The notes under the pieces are model-generated. The model saw only the letters and a program-made list of their open reading frames with translations. It had not been told where the DNA came from and made no database searches. A DNA stretch of 64,000 nt from contig JAMDHS010000056.1 in the NCBI GenBank assembly GCA_029717555.1, positions 1-64,000 of the forward strand, written 5' to 3'. Both the position numbers and the translations under genes were made by a program. The number at the start of each line of letters is the position of its first letter. Positions within the stretch are counted from its first letter, which is position 1. Origin of the DNA: Peribolospora baueri (taxonomy: Eukaryota). Below, in pieces: positions 54,916 to 64,000 of the stretch.

Positions 54916-56118
54916 TCACTCCGTCTTGACCTTTTCCTTTTCCGCGCCATCGGGAGAATGGACGACGTTGTCCAACTTTTGGACGTCGTGCAGCGGATCG
55001 TACTCGGCCTTGGGATGTCGGTAGGAGCCGCCGAGGCGGTCGCAGGTGGTGAAGTACTGGCCGTAGTTGTAGTTGAAGTAGAGGTGGTGGAGGGTGTGGT
55101 GGGCGGGGCCGTTGATGATCTTTTCGAAGGGGGTGCCGCAGATCATGTCCGAGTCGTGGATGAGGATGGACCAGACGTTGACGAAAGTGAAGAGGCCTAT
55201 GTAGACGTATTTGTGGAGGGGGAAGACGAAGACGAAGATGTGGTAGGGCAGACTCTGGGCGTAGCCGTCCAGCGGGTGGAAGGCGTGCGAGGCGAACGGC
55301 GTCGGCACTGGGCGGAGGGGAAAAGCGGGATGGGGTGAGCAAGGAGAAGAGGGAGGGCGGAGGGCGCGTCGGCGCGTCGGCCGACGGACACAAGCTGACG
55401 TGGTATTCGGGAACTCACCAAGCCATCGGTGATGGGGCTTGTGGATGTGCTTGTAGATGAGCGGGTGATGCTCGTAGCGATGGATAAAGTAGATGAGCGT
55501 GTCGGTGAAGACGAGGAAGAAGGGGATGCTGAACAGGAGGTAGGCCCAGCCGAAGTCGTCCACGTTGGCGTAGAGGCGCGAGTAGCCGCGGACCTCGCCG
55601 ACGAACCAGGGCACGGTGAGCAGGTCGAGCCAGGGGAAGGCCTGCAAGCTGTGGTTGATCTCGAGGCGGACCTGGTTCTTGAGAAAGCGGGGGTGGCGCA
55701 TCATGTTGTGGTTGAAGACGAAGAGGTAGGAGGCGCCGGCGAAGAAGAAGTAGAGGAGCAGAATGCCGACGTAGGTGAGGGCGTAAAGGGAGACGAATTG
55801 CCTGGAGGGAACGAAGAAGACAAGGTGAGCGAGGCGCGGAGGGTGTGGTATGGTCTGTCTGTCTGCCTGGCGTGCTCACCGAAAGATGTTGTCCCTGCCG
55901 AGCGCGCTGAGCGCCTTTGCGCCGTGCTCGGGGGTGAGCAAGGCAGAGTGTGCGACGCCGGACAAGGCGTGTGCCGTTACGTTGACCGCGGCTCCTCGCC
56001 CGCCGACGGAGGGGGTGAAGGAGGGGGACCAGGGGGCGTGGGTGGAGGCGGGCCAGACGGCTGCCCAGACGGCGTCGAGGAAGAAGTCGTCTGCGAGGTC
56101 GAGGATGATGTCCATCAT
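54916..56118 (-). CDS. ERG3: Sterol C-5 desaturase
   Basis: HPRFLKNQVRLEI, three His boxes (HRYEH, HKPHH, HTLHH), PTPFASHAFHPLDG and NYGQY. Two introns. Confidence 0.97.
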
Positions 56119-56335
56119 CTTGGGCGGCGGGGGTGGTGGAGGGGGAGGAAGAGCGGACAAGGTGAGCAGCAGGATGTTGTTATCGACCCAACGTCGAATG
56201 AACGACACGAATGAACGAACGAATCGCCGCTGCAACTCTCGGACTCGGCTTCCCGTTCCTTTTCCTTTCCTTCGCCCGACCACCCGAGCCGAGCGGCCGA
56301 CGAGGAGGACGCGGGCGAGCCAGCGAGCCCGGACT

Positions 56336-56411
56336 CGCCATCGCCATCGCCATCGCCACCACCATCACCATAGCCACCACCACCACCACCACCATCACCA
56401 CCACCACCATC
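56336..56411. repeat. (CGCCAT)n/(CAC)n microsatellite upstream of ERG3
   Basis: Directly visible imperfect tandem repeat. Confidence 0.85.
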
Positions 56412-57700
56412 GTTCTCCTTCCCTCCACCCAGCGCCTCGCCGCCTTCCGTTCCCCTTCCGTGGACCCGCTCTTCCGACGCGAAAGATCTGTCGGTCACCT
56501 GCGGCTTTACGCGGCCTACCCCGCCGATCCGGCATTATCTATCTATCTATGATCTATATCTTATCGCTCTTCGCCCTTTCCGTTCCCGACAGGGCAGATG
56601 GAGAGGAGGGACCACCGATGCCTCTACGTACATGCCCCTCCAAAGCCAGCCAGCCAGCCGATGGACAGATGACAGACACATCACACAAAATCGCCTTTCT
56701 GTCCGCCCCGCCCCGCCCGGACCCAGCTAGCTAGCTAGCCGCCAGGGACATACGCACATGCATAGTCAACCCTGTCTATAAGCATACATCTCTACAGTAA
56801 AGCTTGGAATTCATGTCTTGATGGACGCTATCGCACTGTGGCAAGGACTGTGGCAACTGTGGCAACGACTGTAAGGGACTATACGTAGATCACTCTGTAT
56901 AGTCACCCTCTCGTATTCTGCATAGCCCTCGGACTATACAACGTGTATGCGTATCGACAGCGTTAACTGTACATACAGACAGAGACAAACCACACCGCTC
57001 AGGCACTCTTCCGAGCCAAAGACCGGCTCCAGACGGACGGACGGAGGGGACGGGGACGATTTGATTTCACGAATCGATGACTTGTGAATGAATGAATGAA
57101 TAGAAGACGGCCGACGGGGGCGCTCCGAGACCGACCGAACTGACCGACACAGCGAGGACGGGAGGATAGGAGAGGAGAGGAGGGGAGGAGGGGGAGGCAG
57201 GGTACGGCGAGAGAAAGAGCCGGGGTAGGTAAGCAAAAGGCCATCCATCGGCTCCCAAGGCAGATAGATATGCGTGGGAAAGAGACGCCGGGAGGGGGGG
57301 GGGGGGGGGGGCAGGAAGAGGGCGTGCGACAGGCGCAGGACGAATACGAAGAGCAAAGAAAAGAAACGATGATACGAGATGCAGCATAGACGACGACGGA
57401 TGGAGACGAGACGAGCAAGAGGAGAGAAGCGCGACAACGGGCAAAGAACAGAAAAATAACATTTCGCTACTGAGAACGGAAGAGAAAAAAAAAGGCAAGA
57501 TCCAACCGTCCATACCACGTCGAGTATTCATAGATGTGTCGGCAGCAAGGACACGACACGAGCGCTGGCAGCCGCCGCCGAGTTCGTTATGTACCCTACT
57601 CATATCGTGCTGGTCCACGAAGGGGGCGAGGAGGAGGAGGAGGAGGTAGTATGTCCGTACCGACGAACAAGTCCGAGCGAGCGAGCGAGCGAGCGACAGT

Positions 57701-60700
57701 TCAGAACCCGCGCCCGACGCCGAGCCCGAGCGGGGGACTCTGCAAGCCGAGACCGACGGCGGAGGAAGAAGAAGGTCCGCCGGCAAACGGACCGACGCCG
57801 GCTCCATCATGCTGTTGCTGCTGACCGGCCATCTGCTGTTCTCGTCGGCGTTGGGCTTCGCTCAGCGCTTGGAGTTCGTAGAACTGGCGGACGAGGAGAG
57901 GGAGCGCATGAGTTGACGACACGAGGCGAGCGAGGACACGAGACGACGACACGGAACGACTCGCTCACCTGGAAATCTTGCAACAAGCTCGTCCTGGCCG
58001 GATACGAGGCCATGATCCTCAATAACTCCTGGCCGGCGGCGGGGAGGAGCTCCTGCGTGTCGCGGCTTTGCGTGACTGGCTTTTGCTCCTGCGTGTTGGC
58101 GAGGCGGATGTGCCGCAGCTGGTTGTTGGGCACGTCTTTGACGAACACCCAGCGTACCTTGAACACGCCCTTCCACTTGCCGTCCTGCGCCCAAACGTTG
58201 GACGACGTCGTGTGGTCGACGGGGGTGATCATCTGGGCCATCTGAAGGGGGGAGGGCGACAGACGCAACCTCGAACATCAGCCGATGGAGGAGCGACAAA
58301 AAGACAGAAGCCAGCTCACCCCGCAGAAATGACCGCTGGCGTTGACAGAAAAGAAGAGGTAGATCGGCCCCTTGCGCGCGTTCTCCCTGAACGCCCTGTC
58401 CAAGCGCTCGTTACCCTTGACCGTGCTGGCCCAGATCTCGTACTGCAGGAAAGGGAGTGGAAAAACGGAGAATTACGGTGAGCGCGGGGGGCCCGGAGAA
58501 GGAAGGGAGGGAGGAGGGAGGACGGACTCGCCTTGAGCGACTTGTGCACGTCATCCTCGGTGTACGACTTGATGACAAAGTAGCGAGCCTGGCAAGGGCG
58601 GGAAGCGGGGAAAAGCGGAAAGCGAAAGGACGAGGTCAGCCGACGACCCGTGGCCCATTTCCCGTCCCAAGACGAAACTTACGAAGGCGGGCTTGGTGTC
58701 AAAAACACTTGGGTTGTATCCCTTCTGAGCGATCAGCGACGGCACGTCAATCGGGCTCATCACGCAAGCCGCGGCGAGCGCGGCGGCCTGTTGCTGGCGC
58801 TCCTCTTCCTCCGTCATCGCCGCCGCCGCCGCCGCCGTCGTCCCACCCGTCGCACCGAAGACACCTGCGCCGCCGCCGCCGACGACACCGTGGAGGGCTT
58901 GCAAGCTCTGGAGCGCCTGCAGACCGCCATTCGTCGTCCGGAACCCGCCCTGGCCCCAACCGGTATTGCTGTCGCCACCGCCGCCACCACCTCCCGCCTG
59001 CTGTCCAGGGGGGGCCTGCTGGGCGTGATGCTGACCGATCGGCTGCTGTTGCAAACTGGCAATTCCGGGCGCGAAGGGCATGGCGAGGCGAGGCGAGGGG
59101 GACCGGCGGACGTTCTGTGCGGGCACGGTCATAGACTGTTGTCCGCTCGTCGGCGCAAGGCTTGCGGCGGCGGAGAAGGAGGAAGAGATCATAGGCGGCG
59201 TGCTCGTCGCGCTCGAGCCGAAAACGCCTCCTCCCGCGCCGCCCGCGTGGATGCCGTCATTGCGGGCCTGCCCTCCAGCTCCTCCCCCGCCACTGCCACC
59301 ACCACCGCCGGCGAACTGCCCGACCGCCTCGTCCCTCACGCCGGCGATGATCTCCTTAGCCGTCCACTGCGGCAGGGGATCGGCGGAGAAAGGACCGAAC
59401 TGAAGGCCTCCTCCTCCGTTGCCCACGGCCGCCGCAGTGCCGGCCAAGCCTCCCATGGCGCCCAAGCCTCCTGTGCCACCGAACGGCCCGCGACGACCGT
59501 TGCCCACGCCCGCGACGCCGACGCCGACGCCGCCGCCGTGCATCCTCCCAGCGACGCCGGCGTCGGCGGCGTCGCGCGAATGGGCGTGACCGATGGGCGG
59601 CACGAACGCGGCGGCGCTCTGCGGGCCGGCGATGATGCCCGCTTTGGTCACGCCCGCGCCGTGGTGGGCAGCGCTGCGAGCGAGGATGTCCCTGTTGGTG
59701 ATGAGCGCAGGGAGGCGGCGTGCGGAAGGGGGGGTGGCCGTGCCGCCCGAGCCGGCGGAAGCGCGCGACTGGGACGGGATGGAGGACAAGGGGGTTGCGG
59801 AAGGGTACATGTTCAGAGCCGCCGCGTTGGCATTGGAGCCGGAGGAAGAGACGGTGGGAGTGATGCTCTCGGCCGAGTTGATGGACTCAAACGCGGAGCC
59901 CTGTTGGGTCTGCCGTCGTCCGCCGAGGCCCGAGTTCTGGCTGGCGGTGGCTGGGCCGATGTCGAGGTTGGCGAGGCCCTTGCGCAGATCGAGCATGTCG
60001 CCCATCGCGAGAGACGACGAGTGGGGCGACTGGGGACCGGTGCCGCCACCACCGCCACCCAAGGAGGAGTCGCGTGAGTGACCGTCGTCGAAGACGGTGG
60101 ACAGGCGAGAAGGGGACGCTCGGCTGTTCGAGACGCAAGAAGCTCCGCTTTGACCGCCGCTGCCACCGGACCCGCCGCCGGCGGCGTTGGGAGAGCTGAG
60201 GGGCGAGGAACCCCAGCCGGAGAGGGAGAAAGGCGGCGTGAGAGTGCCTCTGTCAGGGCTGCTCGACCGATGAGGCGATCCCGTTCCGAGGGCGGACCGA
60301 GGCGAAGAGCGGGCGAGCGAATCGAGTTGAGAAACGATAGACGGAGCGGCTCCGCCGCGGCCCTCGACGGCGGCGGCGTCGTATTCGTAGTTGTCGTAAT
60401 CGTAACCTCCGAGGTCGTCTCGAGCATCCTGAGAGCGACCGGCGAAGCGGTTGACGACGTGCCGGCCTCCGTACCTGTTGAGAGACTGGTGGCGACGGAG
60501 GAAACCTCCGTCCACGGTCGCCTGAGAGGCGAAGGGACCCTTGTCGAGCTCCGCCGCGTCGACTTGGCTGGCGGAGCGCTGGTGACCGGGTGAGGCCGAC
60601 TCGTCGGCGAGCGGCGAGGCAAACTCGGGCGGCGATCTGGCGTTGGCCGAGCCAGGCTGAGAGGAGGCGACACGGGAGCGGAAGAGGCCATCGGGTCGCC

Positions 60701-61859
60701 ACTGGAAAGAGTGAGCGACGGGCACGGACGAGGAGAGGACACCGGACGAGTCAGCCATGAGCTCGACCTGTGCGTGCGGGACGGAGAATCGAAGCCAGGA
60801 CACATCAGTGAGCGTGAACGCCGGGCTGGCAGCGAAAACGCATAGCACAGCACAGCACAACACGACGACAGCTGTCCAGGCGACGTCGTCGACTCACGTC
60901 ATCACCATCGATACCGAGCCTGGCCGCGTCTCTGCCACTGTCAGCGTGCTGTTGCTGTTGTTGTTGTTGTTGCTGTTGCTGCTTCATCATGCGCTCCCAA
61001 TCTTGTAGACCGTCGGCATCATCGTCAAAGCCGGCACCGGCGGTGATGGCGCTGAGCGAATTGCGCGACTGAGATGAGGTGTGGATCGACGGGACTGGAG
61101 GGGCGGCCGAGTGCGGGAGGCCTGCGAGGCGGAACGCGGTGAACACGTGAAGAAAAAAAAAAGAGAGAGAGAGAGATGGCACACGGGCGGCGACTGACCT
61201 CTGGAATACGAATACTTGGACGGCAAGCTCCGGTTGCGATGGAGGCCGTCTACGACGGAGTACAAGGGCTGTTGATGCTGTTGAGTTGGATGAGAAGCGG
61301 TGACGAGAGAACCGAAAGGGAGCTGAGCGGGGGGGAAGGAGGTTTTGACGGCGCTGTTGGGACCAGAGGAGAAGGGGGCGCCGAAGGATCCAGAGCCGGA
61401 CGAGTCGGTGCGAGAGCGAGACGAGCCGGGGCCAAAGTCGGCGGCGGAGGCGGAGGGGTAGGCGTATTGAGAGGCGGAAGAGGGAGGGAGCGGGTGGACG
61501 AGAGCGGCGTCGCCGAACGGGTCGAGGCGGCTGGCGGGGATGGAGTTGGGACCGGAGGAGCCGGTGCCGACGGCGATGCCGGCGGCTCTGAGACGGTCGA
61601 GCTCTCGCTCCTGGTGGACGCGAGCGAGGCGGGTGCCGGAGGTGGTGCTGACGGTGTGAGCGCGGCGAACGGAGACGCCACTGGACGTCGTCGGGGCGTA
61701 GGGGGGCGAGGGCGGAGGGTAGCGGAAGGAGGCGAGGGAGGCACCGGTGGAAGGACTGGGCGGGGGACGGGAAGCATTGGCAGAGGGCGATGAGCCAGCG
61801 GGATCGGTGGAGAGGGGGGGGAGGACGTCGTGGAACGGAGGCGACGACGAAGTGGCCAT
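57701..61859 (-). CDS. YTH-domain m6A reader (YTHDF/Pho92-like) with very long low-complexity N-terminus
   Basis: [69 protein letters not shown] and [11 protein letters not shown]. The aromatic-cage Trp residues are intact. Poly-Q at ~60950-60983. Confidence 0.93.
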
Positions 61860-62785
61860 GGCTGTAGAGAAAGGAGGAAGGGTGGGTGGGGATGTCCGGT
61901 GGCACTGCAATCGTCTGCTCTGCTCTACTCCTCCCTGTTCTATGTCGTAGGAGTCGGAGGGCGGCGAGGTGGTGAAGAGAGGAGGGTGCGAGCGAGGCTT
62001 GAAGGTCTTCTTTGCTCTCCTCTCTTGTCTCGTCTGTCTGTGTGTGGTGGGTGTGCTGGCAAATGGATGTAAAATCCGGTCGGTCACTGCCACGCACTGG
62101 CCGGCGACGGTGGGCCGAGAGGGCGGCGAACAGAAAACGGATGGATGGCGTCCGGTGGCGAGGTGGTCGTCCAGGTGGTAGCAATCCGGCGGCAGCGCGG
62201 TGGACGGCCGGCGATGATGCGATGATGGGATGCGCAGGGTGAGATGGAGGTGGATAGGGTGCGATGAGGGGAGGCGGTGAGCGGCGGCGATGTATGCGCG
62301 GTGGTCGGAGAGCACGTGGGTGTGTGTGTCTGTGTGTGTGTGCGGCGGACGGTGGCCGTGCGGGAGGTGGTGAGTCCGGGCGGTGGTGGGTGTCGGAGGA
62401 GGGGGAGGAGGAGGAGGGGGAGGAGGGGAAGGTGGTGGTGGTGGTGGTGGTGGTGGTGATGGTGGTGGTAGTGGTCGATGGCGGCAGATGACGACGACGA
62501 AAGGGCCGGGACCGGTTGAGAAGCGATTGTGCGAGCGAGGCCTATCAGATGGATCAGCGAGCGGCGCTGGGCGGGCGAGGGCGACGGCTTGGAGGCGATG
62601 GCAATGGCGACGGCGACGGCGAGCGTCGGGCAAACGTCGAGGAGGATGACGACGAACGACAACGACGACAACCAACCGATCCACCTTTTTTTTTTCTCCC
62701 CTCGCCGTGGCGTGCTCAGCAGGCTCGGCCGCGGAGGCGTACGCTTAGCCGGCTGGCGGGTGGCTCGTGCGAGGGCCGTCGTCGA

Positions 62786-62928
62786 TCAGTCAGTCAGTCA
62801 GTCAGTCAGTCAGACACAGAGGCAAGCGTCCGACAACCGTCCATCAGTCGCAACGTCGCTCGCTCTCGATAGAATAGGATATGATAGGATAGGATAGGAT
62901 AGGATAAGTTAGGATAAGTTTGGATAAA
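62786..62928. repeat. (TCAG)n and (GATAG)n microsatellites in the YTH/TilS divergent promoter
   Basis: tcagtcagtcag... at 62786-62813 and gataggatag... at ~62868-62928. Confidence 0.85.
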
Positions 62929-63104
62929 ATACCATGGCCCTTTGACTCTCCCCTTCTCCACCATCTTCTTTCTTCCACCCCCCCCCTTCCCAGCGTCCTC
63001 TTCATCGTCATGGTCATGACACGCCACCGCCGATAGCACCCATCCATCCACCGCCACCACCACCGACCGAACGACCGCCAGTCTACGTTCAGACCGCCCG
63101 CACC

Positions 63105-64000
63105 ATGCGCCGCCCCGCCGCCGTGTCCGACGCCGAGTTCGTCCACCACATGCGCTCCCTCATCGACGCGGCCGCAGGGAGGGCGTCCGCCGTGCTCCGA
63201 CGCAAGCCCAACGTGAACAGCGACGGCGGCGGCGACAGCGATGGCGACAAGAGGAGGGCAAGAGTGGGCATAGCCCTCTCAGGCGGCGTAGATTCGATGG
63301 CCCTCCTCGTCCTCCTCCACCGGTACTACTCCCAGTCCTCGTCCTTGCACAACAACGTCCACCTCGCCGCCCTCACCGTCGACCACGGCCTCAGGCCCGA
63401 AAGCGCCGACGAGGCCAGCGCGGTGGGCGAACTGGCGAGGAGAATGGGTGAGCCGGCGCGAGGGGATCGCATCATCTCCTCCTCTCTGTCCTTCTGACTC
63501 TTTCGCCCGCCCACAGGCATCCAACACACCATTCTCAAAATACCATGGTCCCAGCCGCCTTTCCCACCATCGCCCCTCTCCTCCTCCCCCTCCGCACCAT
63601 CGTACTACGAGCACGCAGCCCGTCAAGCCCGGCTGCTCCTCTTCCACACCTTTTGCCGCCAGCACCACATTCACGCTCTCTTCCTCGCTCACCACGCCGA
63701 CGACCAGGTCGAGACGGCCCTCTTCAGGCGTTTTACCCGTCCTGCACTCGCCCGTCCCGGGGACGACCGTGGGCCCGACGCTAGGAAACTCGGCTGGGGT
63801 GGGATGAGAAAAGTGAGCCGCTTGTCCGGCTGGCAGGCTCTACCTCACCCCGCGCCCGTTGACGCGCAGAGGTGGGCGTGCAGGCCGTTGCTGGAGATTC
63901 CCAAGGTGAGCGGGCGGTCAGGTCAGTCCGTTTCTTTTAGGGATCGCTGATCACGCGTAACGAACGGCACGCGACTCGACTCGGCTCTTGGCCACCGCTA
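63105..64000 (+). CDS. tilS: tRNA(Ile)-lysidine synthetase-like PP-loop ATPase, 5' part (runs off the window)
   Basis: ALSGGVDSMAL, TVDHGLRPES..EA, YEHAARQAR, LFLAHHADDQVET and RPLLEIPK. Intron at ~63449-63516. Confidence 0.9.

Noticed and set aside
56876..57150. U3 snoRNA (GACTATAC..GATCA..TATAG resembles the U3 5' end)
   Set aside because: No convincing downstream boxes C', B, C and D with correct spacing; a local inverted repeat explains the match.

Overview
Intron-rich, GC-rich eukaryotic nuclear DNA, inferred to be from a basidiomycete fungus (spliced genes with GTGAG/GTGCG/GTAAG donors, a Hok1-type HOOK gene and fungal ERG3/CDC50/MCL genes). Hand-splicing supports about 20 genes. In order: last exon of a VEFS-box (SUZ12-like) gene, TBC1D13-like RabGAP, CDC50, SDR, LaeA-like methyltransferase, HOOK/hok1, RAD57-like, a decayed alpha/beta-hydrolase pseudogene, RPS23, MCT-type MFS transporter, a second SDR, 2-methylisocitrate lyase, VanZ-like protein, DUF3844 protein, CLP1, ATP2, GIR2, UPF2, ERG3, a YTH m6A reader and the 5' part of TilS. 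No rRNA, confident tRNA, CRISPR array or transposon was found, and I cannot establish a complete new multi-gene system from sequence alone. The best leads are: (1) a Polycomb SUZ12-like VEFS exon absent from the ORF track; (2) a 4.4 kb intron-retaining pseudogene with five lesions; (3) a perfect SRE-1 plus two E-boxes upstream of an orphan SDR; (4) a ~160-nt structured intergenic element; (5) an AUG-free, in-frame ~1 kb leader on the YTH gene; (6) several atypical introns. All family assignments come from motif recognition by eye, not database searches.
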